NCBI GenBank assembly: GCA_045540635.1
Contig: JAZQHO010000213.1
Coordinates: forward strand, 10,737-74,736
Direction: 5' to 3'
Length of the DNA: 64,000 bases
Origin: Candidatus Limiplasma sp.
GTDB taxonomy: Bacteria > Bacillota > Clostridia > Christensenellales > Aristaeellaceae
Shown: in pieces, positions 35,310-44,485 of the stretch
Position numbering within the stretch: the first letter of the stretch is position 1
Layout of the letters: every line of letters starts with the position of its first letter
Notes under the pieces: generated by a model
Told to the model about the DNA's origin: nothing
The model's database searches: none
What the model saw: only the letters and a program-made list of their open reading frames with translations
Program-made: the position numbers and the translations under genes

Positions 35310-35339
35310 ATTATACAAATCCGGCTGCGGGAGGGTCAA
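35310..35339 (-). promoter_or_regulatory. Putative own promoter of the acidic SH3b protein gene
   Basis: Minus strand: TTGACC - 18 nt - TATAAT. Confidence 0.4.
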
Positions 35340-35401
35340 GACAGCACATGTAAACAAAAGCACCGCAAAGCTTATTTGTTATTCTTGTAAACACAGCAAG
35401 C

Positions 35402-35443
35402 AAAAAGCGCTCTCTGCGGCAGTGCCTGGCCGCAGAGAGCGCT
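35402..35443 (-). terminator. Rho-independent terminator after the anti-sigma gene
   Basis: 15-bp perfect stem AGCGCTCTCTGCGGC / GCCGCAGAGAGCGCT, followed on the minus strand by TTTTTG. Confidence 0.75.
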
Positions 35444-35455
35444 GTAGAGAATAAC

Positions 35456-36391
35456 TTACTTTGCTGCTTCGAAGGCTTCAAAGAAACCGGGACAGCTCCA
35501 GCTGCCGCAGGCGCTGATCACATCATCGCCCACCAGAAGCTGCAGCACCAGACCATTGGTAAGGCCGATCTGCAGCGAACCGGTACCGGTGCTGGCGGTG
35601 CTGCAAAAATCCGCATCCTCCAGCAGCACCTTCATCAGCTTACGGGCAGCCTTACCGGAGACAGTGGAGCCGTTGAGCAGGATCCAATCCACATCGTCCG
35701 GGTCGCAGAGGGTATCGCCCAGCGTTTCGTTGCCGATGGTGGCAGTGCCGGAATAGCTGATGCGCTGGAACACCCGCAGGCTGCCGTCCACACGGGCGGC
35801 GACCATTGCACCCTCCATGCCTTCGATGGCGAATACGGGCTCGCCTGGGCCTGCCGCATTGGAAACGATGTTGCCACTGCCCAGTGCAGGCTCCAGATTA
35901 TACTCGTTGACCAGCCCCAGCTCGCCGCCCAGCAGCGAGGATGAGATGCCGTCCGGGTAGGTAAGCATGCGATAGGTGGCACCATTAACCATGATCAGCG
36001 GGAAGCTGTTGCCCTGACCGGTGGCAAACAGGGTGTCTCCGCTGCGCTTGCCTGCGCCGCTCATGGTGATGCTGTTGCCCGGCAGATCGCTCAGGGCAGG
36101 GGGGGCTTCTGTCACCTTGGCGGTACCGGCGGCGTGGGAATCCAGCAGACTGTGCTGCGTATTGATGAGCATGGGACTGTTGCCGGTATCGGTCGCCCAA
36201 AGCACGCCACCCACGCAAAGCACCAGCGCGCAGCAAATGGCTGTTGCCACCTGCCAGCGGGGGGCGGTGTGGTAGCTCTGGTGCTTCCCTTCGGCTGCGT
36301 TGATGCGGATCCGTGCCAGCAGGCGGGTATCCGCCTCCAGACCGCCCAGCTGGCGGTCTGCGATCTCCGGCAGTTGATTGAGCGCTTTCAT
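35456..36391 (-). CDS. Putative anti-sigma factor (single-pass membrane protein with extracytoplasmic domain)
   Basis: Overlaps the ECF sigma gene by 4 nt. One TM segment (WQVATAICCALVLCVGGVLW) lies after a ~45-aa cytoplasmic N-terminus. No recognisable zinc-binding anti-sigma (ZAS) HxxxCxxC motif. Confidence 0.55.
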   Translation of the reverse strand: MKALNQLPEIADRQLGGLEADTRLLARIRINAAEGKHQSYHTAPRWQVATAICCALVLCVGGVLWATDTGNSPMLINTQHSLLDSHAAGTAKVTEAPPALSDLPGNSITMSGAGKRSGDTLFATGQGNSFPLIMVNGATYRMLTYPDGISSSLLGGELGLVNEYNLEPALGSGNIVSNAAGPGEPVFAIEGMEGAMVAARVDGSLRVFQRISYSGTATIGNETLGDTLCDPDDVDWILLNGSTVSGKAARKLMKVLLEDADFCSTASTGTGSLQIGLTNGLVLQLLVGDDVISACGSWSCPGFFEAFEAAK

Positions 36392-36876
36392 GATGCAAGT
36401 CCTCCTTCGGTCAGTATCTGTTCCAGCTTCTTTCGTGCACGGGAAAGGCGGCTGGAGATCGTGCCTTCCGGCAGATCGAGCATCTCTGCGATCTCGCTGA
36501 TGCCGTACCCCTGATAATAATATAGCAATATCACCTCGCGGAAGGTGGCGGGCAGCTTGTGGATGGCTACCATCATAGCCTCTTCGTCCTCCCGTCGCTG
36601 GTGCTCATCCGGCGCGGGGATCAATTCGAATACCGGGCTGCCAAGCACCACCCGCTTCACCCATGCACCGCGCCACAGATCCCGGCAGCGGTTGAGGGCC
36701 ACCTTCAGCAGCCATGCTTTTTCGCGCCCTTCTTCCAGATCCGGTGCATTGGTCAGCAGGCGCACAAAAACATCCTGACAGACATCCTCCGCCCGTTGGC
36801 GGTCGCCCAGATAGAAGTAGCTGACGCGAAGCACATCGGTTGCATACTTCTCGTAGAGTTCTTCAAAGTTCGTCAT
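36388..36876 (-). CDS. ECF-type sigma-70 family RNA polymerase sigma factor
   Basis: Region 2 (DVCQDVFVRLL, WLLKVALNRCRDLWR) and region 4 (LLYYYQGYGISEIAEMLDLPEGTISSRLSRARKKL). The ATG at 36876 follows GGAGG. Confidence 0.88.
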   Translation of the reverse strand: MTNFEELYEKYATDVLRVSYFYLGDRQRAEDVCQDVFVRLLTNAPDLEEGREKAWLLKVALNRCRDLWRGAWVKRVVLGSPVFELIPAPDEHQRREDEEAMMVAIHKLPATFREVILLYYYQGYGISEIAEMLDLPEGTISSRLSRARKKLEQILTEGGLAS

Positions 36877-37144
36877 TCCCGAACCTCCGTATACCGCAAG
36901 GCTGCGTACTTTTTGTGCCATTCAGCAGCCCGCTCAAACACTTAACGAAGCAGCGTTTCTTTTTCTTGCACCAAAAACCATTTTTTCTGAAAACTTTTTT
37001 GCGCCATTTGCGCACACAGCAATGATAGCACGTACGCCCCTGCTTTGGAAGCGGTACTTTTTACAAAGTGTTCACCATCCCCATAGGCAATTGTGCTATA
37101 ATAGGCGGGAAAAAAACAACCACCGGAAGGGAGGCTGGCCCCCA

Positions 37145-38095
37145 GTGATCAAGCTGGAAAAGATCACCAAGCGCTACGGCAGTGTGCAGGCGCTCAAGGG
37201 GATCGACCTGGAGGTAAAAAAGGGCGAGGTGCTGGGGCTGCTGGGGCAGAACGGCGCTGGCAAGACCACGCTCCTCAATGTACTGACCGGCTACCTGGCG
37301 CCAACCACCGGCAGGGCGCTCATCGACGGGTACGATACTTTGCTGGAAGCCCGGGAGGCCAAGCGCCGGCTTGGTTATCTGCCGGAGCATCCGCCCCTGT
37401 ATGATGAGATGACCGTGCGGGAATACCTGTTTTTTGCCGCAGAGCTGAAGGGTGTTGTGCGCAAAGCCATCCCCGCCCATGTGGACGAGGTGATGGAGCT
37501 GACCGGCCTTACCGGTATGCGCAGCCGCCTGCTGGGGCACCTGAGCAAGGGCTACCGCCAGCGTGCAGGGTTTGCCCAAGCCATCTGCGGCGACCCGGAC
37601 GTGCTGGTGCTGGACGAGCCCACCGTAGGGCTTGACCCCAAGCAGATCACGGAGATACGGCAGTTGATCCTGTCGCTGGCCAAAGGGCGCACCATCGTGT
37701 TTTCCTCCCACATCCTCAGCGAGGTGCAGCAGCTGTGCAGCCATGTGGTGATTCTGCAAAACGGCCTTGTACGGCTGGACAGCCCCATGGATCAGCTGGG
37801 CAAGGGCAGCGAGATCACCCTCCGGCTCCGGGCCGGGGTAGCCCAGAACCAACTGCTGAGCAAGATACGTCAGCTGGACGGCGTATGCCGTACAGAGACC
37901 CAATTCACGGACCGGCAGGAGGAATGTGAGCTGCTGATCACCTTTCGGGACGTGGCCGAGCCGGAACGTCGCCTCTTTGCGCTCCTGAGCCATCTGGGTG
38001 CGCCAATCCTGCATCTTTCCCGGCAGGGCGACAGCCTGGAGACCATCTTTCTGGAGACCATCTCCGGCGACGAGCACTGGCTGCGCCGCCCATAG
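37145..38095 (+). CDS. ABC transporter ATP-binding protein (GldA-like)
   Basis: Walker A GQNGAGKTT, signature LSKGYRQR, Walker B VLVLDEPT. The GTG start at 37145 after GGGAGG is preferred over the long track ORF. Confidence 0.88.
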   Translation: MIKLEKITKRYGSVQALKGIDLEVKKGEVLGLLGQNGAGKTTLLNVLTGYLAPTTGRALIDGYDTLLEAREAKRRLGYLPEHPPLYDEMTVREYLFFAAELKGVVRKAIPAHVDEVMELTGLTGMRSRLLGHLSKGYRQRAGFAQAICGDPDVLVLDEPTVGLDPKQITEIRQLILSLAKGRTIVFSSHILSEVQQLCSHVVILQNGLVRLDSPMDQLGKGSEITLRLRAGVAQNQLLSKIRQLDGVCRTETQFTDRQEECELLITFRDVAEPERRLFALLSHLGAPILHLSRQGDSLETIFLETISGDEHWLRRP

Positions 38096-38106
38096 GAGGT
38101 ACCGAC

Positions 38107-38826
38107 ATGCTTACCATTTTCCGGCGGGATTTTCTCGCCTATTACCGAACACCCGTGGGCTATGTGTTTGCCGGGGCATTTCTGGCCCTTTCCGGGTTGA
38201 TCTTCTACCTTTATAATCTGCAGACCCTCTCCGGCGATCTGCTGGGTTTTCTTTCCCAGATGACGCTGATGAGCATGCTGCTCTGCCCCCTGCTGAGCAT
38301 GCGCCTGTTTTGTGAGGAGCGGCAGAAGGGCACCGAGCAGCTGCCCTTCACCTCGCCGGTCTCTCTTGGCAGGGTGGTGCTGGGCAAGTATCTGGCAGCG
38401 GCCTGCGTGATGCTCATCACCATCGGGCTGACGAATGTCTACACCTTCATCATCGCTCTCTACGGCAGGGTTTATTTTGGTGAGTGGCTGGTGGGCTATC
38501 TGGGGTTCGCACTGCAGAGCCTGAGCTTTCTGGCGCTGGATATGCTGGTGAGCTGCTTTGCCAAAAACCAGATGACCGGTGCTATTGCGGGCTTTGCCGC
38601 CAACTTCCTCCTCTGGATGATCGACCTGCTGGCTACCCATATACCCTATGCATGGCTCAGCACTGCACTGAGTTTTCTGAGCCTGTACGACCGCTACGAG
38701 CCCTTCCTGCTGGGGCAGCTGAGCCCGGCGTGCATCGTATTCTTTCTCAGCTTTATCGGCGTATGCCTGATGGGCGCTGCCCGGGCGCTGGATGCCCGTC
38801 GTTTTTCGGAAGGAGGCGGCGCATGA
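38107..38826 (+). CDS. ABC-2 type transporter permease (GldF-like)
   Basis: 239 aa with six hydrophobic segments. N-terminus MLTIFRRDFLAYYRTPVGYVF is typical of ABC-2 permeases. Confidence 0.8.
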   Translation: MLTIFRRDFLAYYRTPVGYVFAGAFLALSGLIFYLYNLQTLSGDLLGFLSQMTLMSMLLCPLLSMRLFCEERQKGTEQLPFTSPVSLGRVVLGKYLAAACVMLITIGLTNVYTFIIALYGRVYFGEWLVGYLGFALQSLSFLALDMLVSCFAKNQMTGAIAGFAANFLLWMIDLLATHIPYAWLSTALSFLSLYDRYEPFLLGQLSPACIVFFLSFIGVCLMGAARALDARRFSEGGGA

Positions 38827-40301
38827 AAAAGCTGTTTTCCGCTCTCGTGTGCAGGCTGCGCCAGCCCAAATGGCGGCATGGAAAGCTGGGCACGCTGCTG
38901 GTGGTATTGGCAGCAGCTGTTGCCGTGCTGCTGAACATTGCCGTGCAAAAAGCTGAGGATACCTATGCCCTCCGGCAGGATATGAGCTTTAACCAATACG
39001 CTACCACAGGCGATGAGACCCGTGCCGTTGTTCAAAAGCTGGAAAACGATGCGGAACTGTACCTGCTCTACCAGAGCGGCGAGGCCAATTCCCAGCTGAT
39101 GCAGGTGCTCTCTCACTACGCCACGCTCTCGGAGCGCATCACTGTGCTGCCGACGGACATCAACCGCAACCCGGGTCTGCTGACCCGTTTCTCCGGCGAT
39201 CCAGACACGGTGCTGGAAGCCGACAGTGTGGTGGTCAACTGCCCAGCCACCGGGCGCTACCGGGTGCTGGACTACGGCGATTTCTACACGCAGGGCTACG
39301 ACATTGAACTGGGCGATTTTGTGGTGGAGGGCATCAGCTACGAAAAAGAGCTGACCGAAGCGCTGCTCTATGTTACCCAGACACAGGTGCCCACCGTTGG
39401 CTTTCTGAAGGGGCATGGCGAATACACGCCGGAGAATTTCTCCTCGCTGACAGAGCTGCTGGAAAGCAACCACTACGGCGTGTGCGAGATCAATCTGCTG
39501 GCAGGCGACAGGCTGGATGGCATCCATGTGCTGCTGCTGGGCTGCCCGGTAAACGATCTGGATGATACCGAGATCGAAGCCATCATGGCCTTTGCACAAA
39601 ACGGCGGTAATCTCTTCGTGGTACGGGACTACACCGACCCTGTGGAGAACATGCCCAACTACCTGTCCCTTCTGCGCAGCTACGGCGTTACGCCCCTGCC
39701 GGGCGTGGCGGTAGCCGCCGAGGAGGATGTGGGCAGCTACTACGGCGAGCCGCTGTATCTGCTGCCCTACATGGCAGAGATCGACCTGACGCTGCCGCTG
39801 ATCTCCGGCGGGATGGATGTGCTGATGATGCCCGCCGCCTGCGCCTTTGAGGTGCCGCCGGAGCCCGGTACCGGCGACCTGAGCCTGAGCGTGGGCACGG
39901 TGCTGAAAACCGGCCCCAACGCCTATCTGCGCAACGTGAGCGATGGGCTGGATACCATCGAGAAGCAGGCGGGAGACCGCACCGGCGAATTGCCGCTGGC
40001 GCTGTTTGCCCACCGGATGCACTACAACGGCAATGTGAGCAGACTGTTTGCCATCGGCAACAGCACGCTGCTGATGGATCCCTACATCTACCAACGCACC
40101 TTCTGCGAGCAGTTCGTGATCGCCGTGATGAACGAGCTGCTGCCGGAAAACACCATTTCACTGGATGTGATGGCTGCCCCCGCCTTCCGTCCGGCACTTA
40201 CGGCGGGCAGCCAGCATGTGGGCATTGCGCTGATCATTGCCCTGCCGCTCCTCTGCATCGCGGCAGCCCTTGCGGTGCTGCTGCCCCGGAAAAATCGCTG
40301 A
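38823..40301 (+). CDS. GldG-like ABC-transporter auxiliary protein (N- and C-terminal TM anchors, large external domain)
   Basis: ATGA overlap with the permease stop. Starts MKKLFSALV..GTLLVVLAAAVAVLL and ends with the TM segment GIALIIALPLLCIAAALAVLL. Confidence 0.7.
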   Translation: MKKLFSALVCRLRQPKWRHGKLGTLLVVLAAAVAVLLNIAVQKAEDTYALRQDMSFNQYATTGDETRAVVQKLENDAELYLLYQSGEANSQLMQVLSHYATLSERITVLPTDINRNPGLLTRFSGDPDTVLEADSVVVNCPATGRYRVLDYGDFYTQGYDIELGDFVVEGISYEKELTEALLYVTQTQVPTVGFLKGHGEYTPENFSSLTELLESNHYGVCEINLLAGDRLDGIHVLLLGCPVNDLDDTEIEAIMAFAQNGGNLFVVRDYTDPVENMPNYLSLLRSYGVTPLPGVAVAAEEDVGSYYGEPLYLLPYMAEIDLTLPLISGGMDVLMMPAACAFEVPPEPGTGDLSLSVGTVLKTGPNAYLRNVSDGLDTIEKQAGDRTGELPLALFAHRMHYNGNVSRLFAIGNSTLLMDPYIYQRTFCEQFVIAVMNELLPENTISLDVMAAPAFRPALTAGSQHVGIALIIALPLLCIAAALAVLLPRKNR

Positions 40302-40320
40302 TGCACAAAGGAGAATGCAT

Positions 40321-41820
40321 ATGCAGCATCCCCTCAAAACAAAGCAACGAAAACCCCTGCCCCGCATCTGGCTGCTGGTGCTGCTGATCGCCGCAGCCCT
40401 TCTGATGCTGGCGGTGGTACTGCTCTGGCCCAAGCTCTTCCCTGCTCCGGTCTCCAAACTATATCCGGATCCGGTGGCAGTGCTGCCCTACGAGACCCTG
40501 CAGGACAACCCGCAGGAGCAGCTGGTCTCCATCACAGTGAGCCACCGGGATGGAGAAAGCTATACCCTGCGTGCAGCAGACGGCTCTCTGCTGCTGGAGC
40601 GGGGGGACGGGCTCCGGGATATCAATGACAGCCTCTGTGCAGAATTTCTGAAAGCCGCCGCCACCATTGCCGTGGAAAACGTGGTAACAAGAGATGCCAC
40701 TGAGGTCGAGGAACATCTGGCAGACATGGGGCTTAAGCCGCCGCTGATCACCGTTCGCATCTGCTATACCGACGGGCGGGAGAACCTGCTTTCCATCGGC
40801 AGCGGCGTGCCCAACACCACCTACAGCTACTTCCGCTGGTCGGGCGACAACGGCGTGTACATGTGCGATTCGGGCATTACCGATCTTTTCTCCAACACCG
40901 CCAATCAGCTGCTGCCCATAACCCAGCCCAAGCTGACCCCCAGTCTTGTGGATCGGCTGACCATCGCCAATGCCGCAGGAGAGCTGGAGCTTTCCCTTAC
41001 CAGAGATGCTTCCGGTGAAACTGCCGGGCAGCTGCACTCGCCGCTCCGTTACCCCATGGACGGCGATGCCGCCGCAGCCATGTACACAGCGCTGGAAAAT
41101 TTCCGGCTGGGCACGCTGCTGGGCGATGCCGTCACCCTCAAAGCGGAGCTGGGCTTCGATGACCCGGTCTGCACGCTGGATATCCACCAGCAGGAGGGGC
41201 TTTTCACCCGCATCAGCGATACAGGCGAGTTGGTGGTGGAGACAGCCCCCGCCCAGCAGCAACGCTTTGTGATCGGGCGTGCGGAGGGCGACTATTTCTA
41301 TACCTGCGCCTACGAGGGCAACGCCTATCTGGTGAGCCGTTTTCTGGTGGAGACACTGGTCGCTGCCACACCTGCCAAGCTGGTAACGGCGCACCCTGCC
41401 GATCTGGGCGGCTGGCCTGCGCAGATCACCGTGGAAACAGGCAGCGGTTCGCTGACCGTTACCGTGCGGCAGGAGCTGCGCATGCAGGAAAACGGCGAAC
41501 CGGAGGAAAACGAGGATGGCGAATGGATCTACGATACCATTGCCACGCTGAACAGCGAACCTTTGCCTGCCCAGCAGGCCGAAGGACTGGTACAGCGGCT
41601 CCGGGCGCTCAGCTTTGCCGGAAACCTGCCCGACGGCTGGTCGGCAGGCGATGCCGCGCCCCGCTGGCGCATGATCCTGACTGATGCCGAAGGCAACACC
41701 CGTACCCTGACCGCCTATCGGATGGATGCGTTTTCCGATGCGGTGGCGGTGGACGGCGTGGCGCTCCACTACTGCTATGTGGAGGCGCTGGCGGCTGCGC
41801 TGGGCGAAATGATGCCATAA
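40321..41820 (+). CDS. DUF4340-like membrane-anchored protein (usual fourth gene of GldAFG-like modules)
   Basis: The ATG at 40321 follows AAAGGAG. There is a single N-terminal TM segment (IWLLVLLIAAALLMLAVVLLW). The family assignment is from context and memory. Confidence 0.55.
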   Translation: MQHPLKTKQRKPLPRIWLLVLLIAAALLMLAVVLLWPKLFPAPVSKLYPDPVAVLPYETLQDNPQEQLVSITVSHRDGESYTLRAADGSLLLERGDGLRDINDSLCAEFLKAAATIAVENVVTRDATEVEEHLADMGLKPPLITVRICYTDGRENLLSIGSGVPNTTYSYFRWSGDNGVYMCDSGITDLFSNTANQLLPITQPKLTPSLVDRLTIANAAGELELSLTRDASGETAGQLHSPLRYPMDGDAAAAMYTALENFRLGTLLGDAVTLKAELGFDDPVCTLDIHQQEGLFTRISDTGELVVETAPAQQQRFVIGRAEGDYFYTCAYEGNAYLVSRFLVETLVAATPAKLVTAHPADLGGWPAQITVETGSGSLTVTVRQELRMQENGEPEENEDGEWIYDTIATLNSEPLPAQQAEGLVQRLRALSFAGNLPDGWSAGDAAPRWRMILTDAEGNTRTLTAYRMDAFSDAVAVDGVALHYCYVEALAAALGEMMP

Positions 41821-41824
41821 CTGA

Positions 41825-41866
41825 AACAGGAGAGCATCCGGCACAAAAGTCGGATGCTCTTCTGTT
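41825..41866. terminator. Bidirectional terminator between convergent genes
   Basis: 16-bp stem AACAGGAGAGCATCCG / CGGATGCTCTTCTGTT (one G-U pair) with a 10-nt loop, followed by TATT. Confidence 0.7.
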
Positions 41867-41903
41867 TATTACCGGGCGCAGCGCCACAGAAAGGCTGCTC
41901 CCC

Positions 41904-42707
41904 TCAGTTTTTCTCTTGATATCCGCCCGTTACAAACGAATACATCCGATAGATCTTTTTCGCAAATGCACCCGCAAACAGCTTGCGGAAAACCGCCGCT
42001 TCCCAGCCCTTCAGTTGCCGGATCATCTCTTCGGGAGCCATGTCGTGCTCCCGGACAAATACGATCCCGGCATCCCGTGCCAGCGCAGCCGGATCATCGA
42101 TGCCGTAGGTCTCGGTCACGCCCACGGTGTTGATAGGGTTCTTGTAGCGGCTCGCCTTTGCGCCGAAGGTGGTATAGCAGTCCATCAGCACACGGATATG
42201 GTCAAAGTGGCTGTTGACCGCTGCAAGCAGCTGCCTCAGCTTCTGCTCGGGCAGGTACATGCTCAGCCCCTCCAAAACCACAATGCCGGTATGCCCCTGA
42301 GGGATCCGGTCAAGCCAGATGGGATCCGACGCATCCCCTGCAAGCATATGATCGTTTTCCGTCTCGATATAGTAGCGGCGGCGCTCCCGGATCACATCCG
42401 GCAGATCGATATCGTACCAGCTGCCATGGTTCCCGATGCGACGGATGCGGCTATCCAGCCCACAGCCAATGTGCAGCACAGTGGCGTGGGGTTCCTGATC
42501 CAGCTGTTCCCGTACCCAGCTGTCGAAAACCGCTGCCCGCATGGACATGGAATAGGCCAGCCACTTGGACTTGGCCTTGCCCTTCAGGGGAAATGCCTCC
42601 CCTGCCCAGATCTTCTCCGCATCGGGGTCATTGAGAATCACACCCTTGCGGCTGACCAGCGCCTTGCCGTAAAGGGGAATGTACAGTGTCTTGCTTATGT
42701 TGTTCAT
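41904..42707 (-). CDS. Class I SAM-dependent methyltransferase (leucine carboxyl / TcmP-like O-methyltransferase family)
   Basis: The LHIGCGLDSR SAM motif follows a YIPLYGKA N-terminus. The ATG at 42707 follows GGAGG. Confidence 0.7.
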   Translation of the reverse strand: MNNISKTLYIPLYGKALVSRKGVILNDPDAEKIWAGEAFPLKGKAKSKWLAYSMSMRAAVFDSWVREQLDQEPHATVLHIGCGLDSRIRRIGNHGSWYDIDLPDVIRERRRYYIETENDHMLAGDASDPIWLDRIPQGHTGIVVLEGLSMYLPEQKLRQLLAAVNSHFDHIRVLMDCYTTFGAKASRYKNPINTVGVTETYGIDDPAALARDAGIVFVREHDMAPEEMIRQLKGWEAAVFRKLFAGAFAKKIYRMYSFVTGGYQEKN

Positions 42708-42822
42708 GTTGCCTCCATGCAGTCGTAATGGTTCTGTTGCTCCGGCAGAACCATCATAGCACAAAGAGGAATACCTTGCCAGCACCCGCTGCATCAAAAG
42801 CGGCATCCGCACACCGGCACAC

Positions 42823-43914
42823 CTATTCCCCCACCTGCCGCAGTACGGCCCGGAGCACGCTCATCAGCACCGGGCCGCCCAGCAGCCCCAGCACCCCGAA
42901 AAGCCGGAAGCCCGCATACATCGCCGCCATAGTCACCAACGGATGCAGCCCCAGCTGCCTGCCCACGATGCGGGGCTCCAGCACCTGACGGATGACCACC
43001 GTACCAATATAGGCAGCCGCCATCAGGATCCCATTGGCGGAATTGCCGCCGATAAAGGACAGGATGCTCCATGGCACCAAAAACAGGCCTGCCCCCAGCA
43101 CAGGCAGGCTGTCCATCAGACCGATGGCAAGCCCTGCCACCAGCCCGTAGGGCAACCGGAACAGCCAGAACAGCAGCACCAGAAAGAGCATGATCACCAG
43201 CGATACGATCAGCTGGCCCTTCAGCTGCCCGTAAATGCTCCGAAGCACATCCTGCCGGATGCGGCCTGCCTGCCGCAGCAGCCCCTGAGGCATCAGGCGG
43301 CGAAAAAAGCGCAGGATGCGCTCCCGGTCGGCTGCGAAATAATAGGTGCCCATCAGCACCAACACCAGCGCCAGCAGCACATGGGGAATCCCCAGTGCCG
43401 TGCTCCATGCGCCGGTGGTCAGCCAGCCGGAAAGGGTAGCCGCCCAGCCCACAGCCTGCTGTGCCAGTGATGCCACAGCATTGCTGATCAATTCCGGCAC
43501 ATAGGCGGGCATCAGTGCCAGATAGCGGTCGTAAAGCGCACGCAGGTTGGGCAGCGCCGTTCCTGTGACCCAGCCCACCAGCTGGGGCAGTACCCGCACC
43601 ATGGCACCCAGCTCCTGCCCGATCCGCCCCAGCAGCAAACCCGCCAACGTGCCCGCCACCCCAAAGAGCAGCAGCATGCCCAGCAGCGTTGCCGTTTTGC
43701 GGCCAAGGCGCAAACGATGCAGCATCAACCCCACGCGCTTTACAAAGGGCTCCAGCGCCCGGGCGCAGCAAAGCGCCAGTGCAAAAGGCCACACATACGG
43801 CAGCACAGCAAAAAGAACCGCCGCCAGCCCGATCACCGAAGCGATCCACAGCCCCTTCTGGGGCAAACGGCTGAAGCGGCGGTTCCATTGTCTGATCCGT
43901 TGGGTAAGCTCCAT
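42823..43914 (-). CDS. AI-2E family transporter (PerM/YtvI-like membrane protein)
   Basis: Polytopic membrane protein with a C-terminal LGLHPLVTMAAMYAGFRLFGVLGLLGGPVL block. The ATG at 43914 follows GGAGGG. Confidence 0.75.
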   Translation of the reverse strand: MELTQRIRQWNRRFSRLPQKGLWIASVIGLAAVLFAVLPYVWPFALALCCARALEPFVKRVGLMLHRLRLGRKTATLLGMLLLFGVAGTLAGLLLGRIGQELGAMVRVLPQLVGWVTGTALPNLRALYDRYLALMPAYVPELISNAVASLAQQAVGWAATLSGWLTTGAWSTALGIPHVLLALVLVLMGTYYFAADRERILRFFRRLMPQGLLRQAGRIRQDVLRSIYGQLKGQLIVSLVIMLFLVLLFWLFRLPYGLVAGLAIGLMDSLPVLGAGLFLVPWSILSFIGGNSANGILMAAAYIGTVVIRQVLEPRIVGRQLGLHPLVTMAAMYAGFRLFGVLGLLGGPVLMSVLRAVLRQVGE

Positions 43915-43915
43915 T

Positions 43916-44485
43916 CTATCCCTCCGCAGGGCTGCGGCAGAAGCAGCAGGCTTCATGGTCGTTTACCAGACCAATGGCCTGCAGATAGCTGTACACCGTC
44001 ACCGAGCCCATATACTTCATGCCGCGTCTGCGAAGGTCCGCAGAGAGGCGGTCGCTGAGAGGGGAGGTGGTAACGGCGGGGCCGTGGTTGATCACCGGCT
44101 GCCCATCCGGGGTAAAGGAGTAGAGATAATCCGCAAAGGTGCCCCACTCCCGGCAGATCTCCAGATACACCTTTGCATTCTGCACAGCCCCCTCGATCTT
44201 GCGGCGGCAGCGCACAATGCCCGCATCCTCCATCAGCGCATCGATCTTAGGTTGCCCGTAGGCTGCGATTCGATGCGCATCAAAGCCGTCAAATGCACGG
44301 CGGAAGTTTTCCCGCTTGCTGAGAATCACATGCCAGCTGAGCCCTGCCTGAAAGGCTTCCAAAAGCAGCAGCTCATACAAAAGCCGTTCATCCCGGGTAG
44401 GGATGCCCCACTCCTGGTCGTGGTAGCGGATAAGCAAAGACCCCCGTGCCCACGAGCACCGGGGTCTGTTGTCTGCGGGGCGCAT
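43916..44485 (-). CDS. tag: DNA-3-methyladenine glycosylase I
   Basis: RCSWA, YHDQEWG, FQAGLSW and the C-terminal H..C zinc-snap residues. 189 aa from the internal ATG. Confidence 0.9.
   Translation of the reverse strand: MRPADNRPRCSWARGSLLIRYHDQEWGIPTRDERLLYELLLLEAFQAGLSWHVILSKRENFRRAFDGFDAHRIAAYGQPKIDALMEDAGIVRCRRKIEGAVQNAKVYLEICREWGTFADYLYSFTPDGQPVINHGPAVTTSPLSDRLSADLRRRGMKYMGSVTVYSYLQAIGLVNDHEACCFCRSPAEG

Noticed and set aside
38484-38822. Long N-terminal extensions given by the ORF track for several genes. Examples: 38484 for the GldG-like gene, 40237 for DUF4340, 19443 for pnuC, 27955 for hisA, 32273 for hisG, 25829 for hisJ, 44761 for tag, 48954 for mutY.
   Set aside because: The extensions overlap the preceding gene in another frame, lack an RBS and add non-homologous residues. 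The internal starts have Shine-Dalgarno sequences and match the canonical protein N-termini.
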